From contig OX597818.1 in assembly GCA_951406725.2 (NCBI GenBank), positions 62,992,001 through 63,056,000 on the forward strand: DNA of 64,000 bases, given 5' to 3'. Below the pieces are notes generated by a model that saw nothing but the letters and a program-made list of their open reading frames with translations, had not been told where the DNA came from and did no database searches. Positions 41,485 to 53,780 of this stretch are shown here, piece by piece. The stretch is from Octopus vulgaris. Lineage: Eukaryota. The position numbers were made by a program, and so were the translations under genes. The stretch's first letter is position 1, and every line of letters begins with the position of its first letter.

Positions 41485-43701
41485 ATTTATTTCAAAACAT
41501 TTGCCATAAAGGCAGTACACAGATTAAGTTAGCTTTGCGGGCTGGACGAGGACATTAATGAGGTGAATGATAATGAAAGAAAGATGATAAGGATGGGAGA
41601 AGACAATTGCTACTTGCTTCTCTAAAACATTGTTCTTTTTAAAGATAAACACAAAACGAGGTATTAAACCTCTTACAATTTTCCCAATTTTTGGACTTAG
41701 CAGTCCATTATTAATACAAAACGAGGTATTAATCCCCTTACAAATTTTCAATTTTTGGACTTAAGTCCATTACTAATAATACATATCGTCCTCGAAATAG
41801 CTTGTGCCCGCGCCCTCCACCATCAACCACGCCTCCCTCAGAACGTAATCAAGTTCCGAGTTCACGTCACCCGGGACCAAGTTATAATCTTCATTGAGCT
41901 CCTTTAGCCTAAGCCTCACGTCGAACGCCACGGCCTCCACAGCTACCTGCGGAGGCCATTCGGGGTCCTGTGTGAAGGCTAAAGGTGCTCCCTTGTATTG
42001 CTCTTCCATCACTTTTTTCAATTTCTCCTCCTCTATAGAAGAGGACCAATACGTTCAGTTCTTTCGTTGGCGGCACAGTTCCCGCCAACGGTATTCCTTC
42101 TCTTGTCGGTGGCACAACCCCAACAGACGTAGTTCCGGGACATTCCGGTGCTACACTGACAGCCGGTAATGTCCCGTTTTTCATCCTCTTTTTCTTTTTT
42201 TCCCTTTTCAACTGAGGGAGGGTGCGTCTCCTCCGTGGCTGGAAGATTCGCCTTCCTCTCCTCATCCCTATTATCCTTTGGTGAGCACCCATTGTTGCTC
42301 ACCTTCCTCTTTCAGCCTCTGTTTGAGGAGTCCTCTGCTTTCTCGGCCGTTATCGTTCCCTCTTCTAGAGGGGTTTTACTTAACTGTTCCGGGATCCTAT
42401 TTTGTTCCCGAGGACAGTTCTTCTTTATGTGGCCGGACTCCAAGCACCGATGACACTTAGGGGGGCGACCCTCAAGCATCACCGGGTACCTGCACCCGGC
42501 CATTTTCAAAAAATCTGGAAGAACCAGATTGGCTGATTGGGTCCACAGGGTCAAAATTGCTTTTGACCCAACCCAAGCAGCCGCAGGAAGAACTTTTACA
42601 TTGAGGAGCTTAGTTTCGCTGTCACCCAGACCCCGGCGGATGGTCACCTCTATCCACTCGGGTTCTATGTCAGGTGGCAATCCGCATATCCAAGCTTTCA
42701 TCAATTTCTTTTTTTGTACGTGGGCAGGAATAAGATTTCCCTACCCACCAGGGGTTTGCTAGCAAATTTGCAAGCCTCTTCAGGGGTGTCAAATAGCAAC
42801 CACACCGTTGCATATTTGACACCCCTGGAAATGAATTTAATTGTTGGCAAATACTCTTCCAACTCCTCCTCAATTGCCGTCTTTTCGAATAAGGCGATGG
42901 TGTCGAGTGCCTTGGAGTAGGTTCTCAACACCACCGTCCTATCTTCACGGTCTTTTAACCACTTTTTAGGTGGTATGATTTCCCACTCCAAAATTTTGTT
43001 ATTTTTCATTGCCATGTTTTTTTAAAAATATATTCAAATTAAACTCAAAAAGCAGGAAGAAAAAAGTTCAAAAGTCCAAATAAAATTTGATAGATTTTGA
43101 AAAAACAAAAAGTAGAAAGCACAACATAAGGGAAGAAATCAACGGAAAGTCGCAATAAAGAAAAAAACAAAAGGGGGGGGGTAAATGAAGTTCAAAAGAA
43201 AGTTAATAAACAGAAAAAACACAGCAAAAATATTCTGGCCTTGCGGTACTCCCGGCCTGGGTTGAACCTGGAACGCCGCAACTGCAACACAACCTCCACA
43301 AAAATGGGTCCGAAAGGTAATCCAATAGTGGCTTATTTTTATAATTTTCTTGCGAAGTAGTAGTTTTCACAATTCATAAAAGTTCTTCACAGCACAATAC
43401 AATTCTCACAATTACGTGAGAAAAATATTTACTCAATTTATCGAAGACGGATACGCCCCCCAACATTTTCTCAGCGAGAAAAATATATTTGCCACATGTC
43501 GGCAGAATCAGAATTCTGAATCCAGTAGGACTTCCTGCCTGTAAAAAACAAGTTTCAACAAAAACTCCCACTGGACACAGAAAACAGAATCTTACCTTAC
43601 ATGGGGCTTCCAAAGTTTTCAATTCAAGACGGCTTCAATAGCACATCTTCACCGCTTCAGTGCCAAACACAACACTGACTCGCACATACGCAGAAGCAAC
43701 C
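41485..43701 (-). mobile_element. ORF1-only Tx1/L1-type non-autonomous retroelement with 12-bp TSD
   Basis: TSD GTTAGCAAGCTA at 41473-41484 and 43702-43713; single disrupted ORF; ends AATAAAT; no EN or RT motifs. Confidence 0.8.
41773..43015 (-). pseudogene. Disrupted ORF1-like protein (RRM-like region plus CCHC zinc knuckle), about 410 aa when reconstructed
   Basis: ORFs 42701-43015, 42312-42704, 42033-42302 and 41773-42021 join through two frameshifts and one TGA; motifs WICGLPPDI and EGRPPKCHRCLESGHIKKNCP (CX2CX4HX4C). Confidence 0.8.
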
Positions 43702-44057
43702 GTTAGCAAGCTACTTACCACACAGCCACTCCTGCGCCTTATTCTAACTATTGCCTTATTCTAATTTTGTTCCTTCTGATAAACTTAGTAAAATTACGTT
43801 ATCTATTTATTCATTGTTTATTTTCTCTTTATCTAAGAGACAATATAGTTTATAGTTATCGTAGCTCTACGTTCTTGTTTACTTATTTACGGAGATTTTC
43901 CCCCTCATAAACCAACTATACTGGTATTTTTTTTACTTGTTAGTTACTTAAAATAATGCTTATATCAGTAAGAATAAATAAATGAGAGAAGTTATTTGAT
44001 ACTATCATTATATATAATATGTTATTTACATTATTTACATTTCACGGATATTTGCCT

Positions 44058-44175
44058 TCATCTTGTTTGTTGTTAGCATAACGTTTCGGCTGATATACCT
44101 TCCAACCTTCCCCAAGACACCTGATGAAGGCTTGAGGGTATATCAGCGGAAACGTGTGAACAACAAACAAGATGA
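44058..44175. mobile_element. Short palindromic element with hammerhead motif
   Basis: CATCTTGTTTGTTGTT...ACGTTTCGGCTGATATACC...CCTTC is inverted against GAAGG...GGTATATCAGCGGAAACGT...AACAACAAACAAGATG; core CTGATGA at 44121 and GAAAC at 44149. Confidence 0.75.
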
Positions 44176-45573
44176 GGATATTTTATCAAATAGATGGCAA
44201 CTTGGACATAATTCTACGGTACCTCGGAATTGCTCTTTGACACCACTAATATACGCAAATATTAAATTAGGTACCTGATGTATGGGGAAAAACCTTCAAC
44301 ATGACTCGAGGACAGGAAATTAGGGCATGCCAACTGTATGGTGGAATATCTCAGCGACCTTAAGTTTTTGCTGAAGTTGACATACTATGATAACAAACAG
44401 ACACAAAATAAGCGAAATAAAGACTAGAAAATTCCAAAATTCACGTAATTCTTCAGAACCTATCTTGATCAAAATCGCTACACACAAAACTCTGGTTCAG
44501 AAAAAAATATGCATTTGGAACAGTTTGAAGGAACGTTGGTCCCAATTCCACTTTGCCTCATGATAGTGCTCAATTTCATTTCGGTTACCTAAGCCACTGT
44601 TTGTATATAACATTAACAAGCACGCTATTAACTAACGCACATGTTAAACAAGGTTCAAGTCTAAGCCTGTCACCTCAGAGATAATCTCTATAATGTTTGA
44701 GCATCCTGACCTGTTACTGTCATAATCCCATTCTTCATTCCGGAGATATATCTTCCGCGGTTTATAAGTTTTACTTTCCCCGTTATTTCTGTTACACGTT
44801 GCTGTAGCAACTGAGAAATAAAAGCAGAAGATTGTTTCATAAACTGAACACTTATAGGGTCTCTATGGGTGGTCTTTTCCGTCATCAAAATATTCCTTTT
44901 GGGAAGAAACCTGAACGTTCCTGTCAATGATTTGTCATATGACGTTAAGATCTTAATACAAACGTGATCCAGCTGTCTACCGAGAGACATTCAAACTTCA
45001 CTCAGATAATGACTTACATGGAAAGTAATGAGCGTTATTGGCATATTTAATGCTTATATCACATTTATAAGAATTCTACATTCATCGAAATCTTTTTGTT
45101 ATCATTTACTGGGATTGTGCAATAGATATACAAAAGGCTTCTTATATTTTAATGCTTATACCGATCATTGAGAAATATTGATCTCCGTATTATTTCGATG
45201 TATGTGTATGCATTGAAGGTGTCTAATTCTCTGGACTAAACGTTTCGACAATTTCTATGGTTGAGAAATTCATGACATGAAAACCTATTATATTTTGGCA
45301 AACGAAAGTCCATCCCAGAATGGAACACTGCTCGCATAAAGCGACTTTGTTTAAATATATTCTATCAACAGTTGAAAAAGAACAGAATTGAATGGGCAGT
45401 TAGGAAGATGATCTCTTATCCATCCGTTTTTCTGTCAATAGAATGCTGCAGTCTTTACCCTTTTATGTTGTTATTTCTAATGCAGTTTGTTCAGATGAGA
45501 TTAAATAACTGAAACGAAAAATTATGAAACGCTAATCGTTAACAAAGTTTCTTTGAGCATATATACAGCAGAA

Positions 45574-45958
45574 GTGGAGGCGCAATGGCCCAGTGGTTAG
45601 GGCAGCGGGCTCGCGGTCATAGGATCGCGGTTTCGATTCCCAGACCGAGCGTTGTGAGTGTTTATTGAGCGAAAACACCTAAAGCTCCACGAGGCTGCGG
45701 CAAGGGATGGTGGTGATCCCTGCTGTACTCTTTCACCACAACTTTCTCTCACTCTAACTTCCTGTTTCTGTTGTACCTGTATTTCAAAGAGCCGGCCTTG
45801 TCACTCTCTGTGTCACGCTGAATATCCCCGAGAACTACGTTAAGGGTACACGTGTCTGTGGAGTGCTCAGCCACTTACACGTTAATTTCACGAGCAGGCT
45901 GTTCCGTTGATTCGGATCAACCGGAACCCTCGTCGTCGTAACCGACGGAGTGTCTCCA
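45574..45958 (+). mobile_element. SINE family B, full length with TSD
   Basis: TSD ATACAGCAGAA at 45563-45573 and 45961-45971. Confidence 0.92.
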
Positions 45959-46348
45959 CCATACAGCAGAAACTGCCTTTTTCTTTTGCCTACAGTGTAG
46001 ACAGAAGAGACACTAAGTATGTACGGGAAAATTAAGTTGGTTATAAAAAAAAAAACCGATAGTGTAATACTTCATATGGTAATGCTTTAATTAACAAAAT
46101 CATTGAAATCCAATGAGACCATCAGAAGATTGTGCAAATCAAAGCTCAAAAGAAAGTTTAATTTCTTGGAAAAAACAATCACATAGAATTTCTAATGAAT
46201 GAAATACTTCACTTGATTTTGTATTCACTTTCTAAGCTGGTGAGATATTCTTATACGAATGTAAACTCGTGAATGCAAACAGGGTTTCCTTGTCTATTAA
46301 TTTGACTGTATATCTGATGTAGAGTTGCAATCAATATTATCGGTTGCA

Positions 46349-46587
46349 AAGGCGTCGAGCTGGGCGAAACGTTAGCAGGCCAGGCGAAATGCTTAGTGGC
46401 ATTTCGTCTGCCGTTACGTTCTGAGTTCAAATTCCGCCGAGGTCGATTTTCCTTTCATCCTTTCGGGGTCGATAAATTAAGTACCAATTACGCACTGGGG
46501 TCGATGTAATCGACTTAATCCGTTTGTCTGTTGTTGTTTATCCCCTGTGTGTTTATCCCCTTGTGGGCAGTAAAGAAATAGGTATTT
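46349..46587 (+). mobile_element. SINE family C
   Basis: Head AAGGCGTCGAGCTGG... to tail AAAGAAATAGGTATTT. Confidence 0.88.
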
Positions 46588-46984
46588 AATTCGTATTTCT
46601 GTTCTGAGTTCAAATTCTACTAAAGTATAGTTTTGCATTGCATCCCCCAGGGTTGTCTAGTCCTGTACCAACATTTGAAACCTGCTTCGTCAGTTGCAGT
46701 ATTTTCCTACTTATTTTTCCGAGCAGAAAGAGATGCAATTAAAACAATATCAGAATTCATATGGCATTTATTCTAATGCTCTTAATAAATGCAGTAACAA
46801 TGTTCACCAAACGTTTTACTAACTTAAAAGTGGCCCTGTGGATTGATTTCAAGTACAGAAATAATAAGTTCAGCATCAGTTATAGAATACACACAGACAG
46901 ACACGCACCACACACACACACAACTATTCACACGCATAGAGATATCTATCTATCCATCTCTCTCTCTCTATATATATATATATA

Positions 46985-47382
46985 TTCTTTTACATGATTC
47001 AGTCATTTGACTGCGATCATGCTGGGGCACTGCCTTTAGTCGACATCCGGGTTTATTCTTTGTAGGCCTAGTACTTATTATATCGGTAACATTTTGCCCA
47101 ACTGCTAAGTTACAGATAGGTCAACACACCAACATTGTTTGTCAAGCGATCGTGGGGGACAAAAAATAGACACACAAACACACACGCACACACACACACA
47201 TATATATTTAAACATATATACGACGGGCTTCTTTCAGTTTTCACCTACCAAATTTACTCAGAAGCTTTTGGACGGCCCGTGGCTATAGTTGAAGGCACCT
47301 GAACAAAGTCATACGCAGTGGGACTTAACCCGTAATCATGTGGTTGGGAAGCAAGCACCTTACCATACAGCCACGCCTGCGC
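46985..47382 (-). mobile_element. SINE family A, diverged
   Basis: Colinear with 8133-8556. Confidence 0.8.
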
Positions 47383-47431
47383 GTAATATACCTGCCTATG
47401 TCACTATGTTTTTGTGAGGTATAACTGAGAA

Positions 47432-47750
47432 GGAGCATGGCCCGGTGGTTGGGGCGTCGGGCTCACAATCATGAGGTAGCAAGCTCGATTGCCGGACAGG
47501 GCTGTGTACTGCATTCTAAAGCAGTACACTTTGCTCCAGTTCACTCAGCTGAAGGAATCAGTTTCGGTGCCCAGCTGTATCGGCCTTAGCCTTGCCCTTG
47601 GAGAGCATTGGTGGTGTAAAGAGGGAAGGCTGGTATTCATGGGCGACTGAAGACCTTCCATAAACGACCTTGCCCTGACTTGTGCTTTGGAAATAAAGGT
47701 TGTAAGTGCACTCCCATAGTCATTCATGGCTTAAGGGCGTCTTTTATACT
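47432..47750 (+). mobile_element. SINE family D, diverged
   Basis: Colinear with 24847-25190. Confidence 0.8.
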
Positions 47751-47866
47751 TCTCAGTGTTTTGAAAATAAACGATTGTTTTGTGGAGACACAAGTTAGCC
47801 AAAAAAAGGACGAAGACGGTTAGTTTCAATTTAACACTATATTGTTTCCATTATATGTCAAAATTA

Positions 47867-48410
47867 AGGCAGTGTGCTGGCAGAAACGTGGTTGGTAAGC
47901 AGAAAAGGCAGTGTGCTGGCAGAAACGTGGTTGGTAAGCAGAAAAGGCGGTGTGCTGGCAGAAACGTGGTTGGTAAGCAGAAAAGGCGGTGTGCTGGCAG
48001 AAACGTGGTTGGTAAGCAGAAAAGGCGGTGGGCTGGCAGAAACGTGGCTGGTAAGCAGAAAAGGCGGTGTGCTGGCAGAAACGTGGTTGGTAAGCAGAAA
48101 AGGCGGTGTGCTGGCAGAAACGTGGTTGGTAAGCAGAAAAGGCGGTGTGCTGGCAGAAACGTGGCTGGTAAGCAGAAAAGGCGGTGTGCTGGCAGAAACG
48201 TGGTTGGTAAGCAGAAAAGGCGGTGTGCTGGCAGAAACGTGGCTGGTAAGCAGAAAAGGCGGTGTGCTGGCAGAAACGTGGTTGGTAAGCAGAAAAGGCG
48301 GTGTGCTGGCAGAAACGTTGCTGGTAAGCAGAAAAGGCGGTGTGCTGGCAGAAACGTGGCTGGTAAGCAGAAAAGGCGGTGTGCTGGCAGAAACGTGGCT
48401 GGTAAGAAAA
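47867..48410. repeat. 39-bp minisatellite, about 14 copies
   Basis: Unit AGGCGGTGTGCTGGCAGAAACGTGGTTGGTAAGCAGAAA; 13-aa periodicity in the ORF track; about 1.7 further units at 48620-48676. Confidence 0.97.
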
Positions 48411-48689
48411 GCTAGTTAACACACACCCACTCCTGCACCTATATAATCACGCACATACATTTCAAAACGGAGATCAACTAATTCTGCTTGTTCAATGTAT
48501 AGAAAAACCGAAGATGTTAAGCAATCTAATTTATATCTATATTTTAAATCATTGGTGTAGTGCATGTATCATATCAACTGAAAATATAACTAGTGGAACC
48601 CTGAAGACGTTCTGTGAAAGAAACGTGGCTGGTAAGCAGAAAAGGCGGTGTGCTGGCAGAAACGTGGCTGGTAAGTAAGCTAGTTACCA

Positions 48690-49076
48690 CTTGTTTACCA
48701 GCCGCATGGTTCCGGGTTCAGTCCCACTGCGTGGCACCTTGGGCGAGTGTCTTCTACTATAGCCTCGGGCCGACCAAAGCCTTGTGAGTGGATTTGGAAG
48801 ACGGGAACTGAAAGAAGCCCGTTGTTTATATGTATATATATATATATGCGTGTGTGTGTTTGTGTGTCTGTGTTTGTCCCCCTAGCATTGCTTAACAACC
48901 GATGCTGGCGAGTTTATGTCCCCGTTACTTAGCGGTTCGGCAAAACAGACTGATAGAATAAGTACTGGGCTTACAAAAAGAATAAGTACCCGGGGTCGAG
49001 TTGCTCGATTAAAGGCGGTGCTCCAGCATGGCCGCGGTCAAATGACTGAAACAAGTAAAAGATAAAAGATAAAAGA
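48690..49076 (+). mobile_element. SINE family A lacking its extreme 5' end
   Basis: CTTGTTTACCAGCCGCATGGTTCCGGGTTCAGTCCC through to the GATAAAA tail. Confidence 0.88.
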
Positions 49077-49695
49077 TATGGTTTTTCCGAAACAGAAGAC
49101 AATCTAATTCAGAAATATTGCTACAAGTAGTAAAAAATTCATATATTAACATTAAAATTTCATTCATTATTTAAAGAAAAGCATGACTGCCCGTCCGGGT
49201 AGATAGCATAATTTGACAAAGTGATAGACTCTTACATTTGACAGACGACATATTGAAAACGTCAACTGATATTTCATTGGGAAACTTTAAAGAACGTTTC
49301 ATTTTGTAGATATGTGCTATTTCAGCGAATATTCTGATCCAAAATTAGTCTTCAACATCTGTTATGGAACTTATGATGTGTTAAATTTCAAACAATCTCG
49401 CGAAGCCGTTTATCATGGAGATTGATAATTCTAAAATAATGTTCTGGCACACTGATCTATATCTAGCTTACAGTGCATCGAGAATATTTAATAGTGCGAT
49501 AACGCATACATTGTTCTGTGTCAGTAACAACACTATTTTTAGCGAATGTCTAGAGCCAGAATTTGAACAGAAAAACCTACATTTCTGCCAAAGCATTTTC
49601 AATTTTTGGATCGTAATATTTTACGCACCGTTTGCTGTATCAACTGCTTACAAGTTTCGGTGGGAAAACGAAGTGATTTCTGAAAGATAATTGGA

Positions 49696-49696
<1 letters not shown>

Positions 49697-49757
<61 letters not shown>

Positions 49758-49795
49758 TAATAATAATAATAATAACCATAATAATGATAATGATA

Positions 49796-49832
<37 letters not shown>

Positions 49833-49953
49833 TAATAATAATAATAATCATAATAATAATAATAATGATGATGATAATAATAATAATAATAATAATAACA
49901 ATAATGATAATAATAAGTTTTCCAAGAGCCTAATCTGTTGTGTGAATAGGAAA

Positions 49954-49985
<32 letters not shown>
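49697..49985. repeat. (AAT)n microsatellite
   Basis: Direct reading. Confidence 0.95.
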
Positions 49986-49986
<1 letters not shown>

Positions 49987-50952
49987 TTAGTAACAATGCA
50001 TGTGTGTGTGTGTGTGTGTGTGTGGAAGTTATAAAACACAAAATAAAGTGGTATTGATGTTTTTTGATGTATTTTGTGAAATGAATTGAATCAGATTTGA
50101 TAGAAAGATAACGGGTTTCAGACGAGTCTCTGGAGAAATTTAGCGTTTTAATGTTTATTAGAGACATGTATGTGTGGTTAATCAAGTGAGTGATATGTTC
50201 ATCAATGCTCGTTTATTTATCGATTATAACATTATGCCCTTTAGTCTCACAAGAAGCAGAAATGTCGGTGCCATGACGAGATATGCCCGCACTAATAAAT
50301 TCATCACATTTATTTTTGGGCGTGAACGATTATTTATAATTTTGACATTTACTTTGAGGCAGTTATTCACGATGCTTTATTCTTAATAATATTTGGGAAA
50401 ATCAATTCTGACGATCTTATATTTCTGGGGAAAAAAATCGAATATATTAAAAATGTATTATGTTTGTCAGTGTTGCTATATACAGTTATACACATTAAAT
50501 AAACTAGGGAATGAAAAAACTTGAAACAAGACTCTTCTGATAAGTCATAGGTTAAACCCGATAATCGTAGTCTAAAGTCATTTAAGATGGAAATTCAAGT
50601 GCAAATAATTAAATGTAGAACCATGGAGACTAATCAGATATTTTAATACTGAATTTGATAAAAATCTATCAAGCGAATTCAGTCGTTTATTTAATTAGAT
50701 GCCGAGGATAAATAACAAATGCTGAATGTAGAGGCTGCATATATGTCTAAGAAATATGTATACAATAGCGGAAGAATGTGTGTGTGGTTGAGGTGCTCAA
50801 TTTGTAATGATGTCGTTACATGATCCTCCTGTTCGAGTTCTTCCCTGGGCAATGACTTGTGACACGGAAAATGTGCGGTGTGTGAGTGAGTGTGTGTGTA
50901 TGCGTGTGTGTGTGTGTGTGCGTGTGTGTGTGTGTGTGTGTGTGCGTGCGTA

Positions 50953-51750
50953 GTGGAGGTGCAATGGCCCAGTGGTTAGGGCAGCGGACTCGCGGTTGTA
51001 GAATCGGGGTTTCGATTCCCAGACCGGGCGTTTTGAGTGTTTATTGAGCGAAAACACCTATTTCTTTACTACCTACAAGGGGATAAACACAGAGAGAACA
51101 AACGGATTAAGTCGATTATATCGACCCCAGTGCGTAACTGGTACTTAATTTATAGATCTCGAAAGGATGAAAGGCAAAGTCGACCTTGGCGGAATTTGAA
51201 CTAAGAACGTAACAGCAGACGAAATACCTATTTCTTTATTACCCACAAGGGGCTAAACACAGAAGGGACAAACAAGGACAGATATAGGTATTAAGTCGAT
51301 TACATCGACCCCAGTGCGTAATTGGTACTTAATTTATCGACCCCGAAAGGATGAAAGGCAAAGTCGACCTCGGCGGAATTTGAACTCAGAACGTAACGAC
51401 AGGCGAAATACCGCTAAGCCTTTCGCCCGGGGTGCTAACGTCTCTGCCAGCTCGCCGCCTTTCAGCGAAAACACCTAAGGCTCCCCGAAGTTCCGGCAAG
51501 AGGTGGTGGAAAACCCTTCTGGACTCTTTCACCACAACTTTCTCTCAATCTTTCTTCCAGTTTCTGTTGTACCTGTATTTGAAAGGGCCAGTTTTGGCTC
51601 ACCCTCTGTCACGCTGAATCTCTTCTGAGAACTACGTTAAGGGTACACGTGTTTGTGCAGTGCTCAGTCACGTGCACGTTAATTTCACGAGCAGGGCATT
51701 CCGTTGATCGAATCAACTAGAACCATCGTAGTCGTAACCAATGGGGAGCC
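50953..51750 (+). mobile_element. SINE family B interrupted by a SINE C dimer
   Basis: B head at 50953-51060; body resumes at 51464. Confidence 0.88.
51061..51463 (-). mobile_element. SINE family C dimer with 14-bp TSD
   Basis: TSD AGCGAAAACACCTA at 51047-51060 and 51464-51477. Confidence 0.92.
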
Positions 51751-51797
51751 CCTATAATGTGTGTATGTGTTACTGTGTATATTTGTGTGCGTGTGTT

Positions 51798-51829
<32 letters not shown>

Positions 51830-52023
51830 AGAGTGAGTGAGAGTATTTTTCCATTTCTATCTTGCTGATTGACAAATTAAGATAAGTTGTTGTTCCGCGC
51901 TAGTTAATTCTCATCAAGTAGACATTAGATCGCTTGCTTCCATTAAAGGCCACGCCGACATTTATTTCGAATATGATTATGAAACACAATACTCATTTTG
52001 AAGACGGTATAATGTGAGTAGAA

Positions 52024-52256
52024 AAGGCGGCGAGCTGGCAGAAACGTTAGCACGCCGGGCGAAATGCTTAGCGGTATTTCGTCTGCGTTACGTTGTGAGT
52101 TCAAATTCCGCCGAGGTCGACTTTGCCTTTCATCCTTTCGGGGTCGATAAATTAAGTACCAGTTACGCACTGGGGTCGATGTAATCGACTTAATACCTAT
52201 GTCTGTCCTTGTTTGTACCCTCTGTGTTTAGCACCTTGTGGGTAATAAAGAAATAT
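52024..52256 (+). mobile_element. SINE family C monomer with TSD
   Basis: TSD GTATAATGTGAGTAGAA at 52007-52023 and 52257-52273. Confidence 0.92.
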
Positions 52257-52664
52257 GTATAATGTGAGTAGAAGGTTTTGCTGCTCTTTCTATCAGGACA
52301 CTCGCTTAATATACATCTCCCGTTGAGAATATCAGTAAAACATTTATTTGAATGAATGGGAACAGCATTATATTTTTCTTGAATTCACAACAGACTTGGT
52401 GAGGTGACCGCTCATCTAACAACTAAATTCAATATACAATCAGTGATATACAATCAAGATCTAAATAGAACGGCCCAGATGTAGTTGTGTAGCAGGAGGC
52501 TTGCTAATAGTTCTATCTTCAGTCCCACTATGTGAGGCATTGGACAAGTGTCTTCTACTATAGCCTTGGGCAGGCAAAAGCCTACAGAGTGGAGTTGGTA
52601 GTCTGAAACTAAGCTAAAATAATCCCTTCACATACACACATATATGTATATTTACAAATACATA

Positions 52665-53039
52665 TACTCTTTCTCTTTTACTCTTTCACTTGTTTCAGTC
52701 ATTAGACTGTGGCCATGCTGGAGCACCGCCTTTAGTCGAGCAAGTCGTCCCCAGGTCTTATTCTTTGTAAGCCTAGTACTTATTCTCTCGGTCATTTTTG
52801 CCGAACCGCCAAGTTATGTGGACGTAAACACACCAGCATCTGTTGTCTAGCGATGCTGGGGGGACAAACAGAGGCACACAAATATATACACAATCACACA
52901 CACACATATATATATACGACGGGCTTCTTTCAGTTTCCACCTAGCAAATCCACTCACAACACAACTTCCCCAAAGTGCCACTGAACCTGGAACCATGTGG
53001 TTAGTAAGCATGCTACTTACTACACAGCCACTCCTACAC

Positions 53040-53041
<2 letters not shown>
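52665..53041 (-). mobile_element. SINE family A with internal deletions
   Basis: Colinear with 8133-8556. Confidence 0.85.
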
Positions 53042-53091
<50 letters not shown>

Positions 53092-53366
53092 ATTTCTGTA
53101 GTGCTGGAACTACTGCTTTTTCGAATGTCCTGAAGAATGGAGTTTTACCCCGAAATATAGAAATACAAAGTAAAACTGCAACTTTGTTCTGCTTTGTTTT
53201 CCTTTTTCCTTGTTCTGACCTTCCACAATTACATTCTTTAAAGTTATGCCTCACAAACAATTAACAAAAACTACAGGGCGCGTGGAAAGTAACTAGGCAT
53301 TAGAAATTGCTTGTAGGATTGATAGTTTCATGGAAGTCATGAGGAATACATTTTTAAACAGACATA

Positions 53367-53780
53367 GGCTTAGGAGGGACTGTGTGGTAAGTAGCTTGCT
53401 TACGAACCAAATGGTTCCGGGTTCAATCCCACTGCGTGACACATTGGGCAGATGTCTCCTACTATAGCCTTGTGCCGGCCAAGTGGATTTGGTAGACGGA
53501 AACTGAAAGAAGCCCGTCGTATATATATATATATATATATATATATGCGTGAGCGTGTGTGTGTATGTGTGTGTTTGTGTGTCAGTGTTTGTCCCCCAAC
53601 ATCGCTTGACAACCATGCTGGTGTGTTTACGTCCCCGTAACTTAGCGGTTCGGCAAAAGAACCGACAGAGTAAGTACTAGGCTTCCAAAGAATAAGTCAT
53701 GTGGTCGATTTGCTCGACTAAAGGCGGTGCTCTAGCATTGCCACAGTCACATGATTGAAACAAGTAAAAGAGTAAAAGAG
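53367..53780 (+). mobile_element. SINE family A
   Basis: Head through to the GTAAAAGA tail. Confidence 0.85.

Noticed and set aside
44688-44990. 100-aa minus-strand ORF (also 5317-5586 and protein-like 54400-54880)
   Set aside because: No motif I can recognise; probably chance ORFs or decayed TEs.
47780-48422. 211-, 198- and 181-aa repetitive ORFs, or a CRISPR-like array
   Set aside because: The 39-bp unit is a multiple of 3 and lacks stops in these frames by chance; units are contiguous with no unique spacers; the unit is SINE-derived.
48601-48625. CTGAAGA...GAAAC as a hammerhead (also 6733, 13911 and 59063)
   Set aside because: No stem II closes between the core boxes, or the GAAA box is missing.
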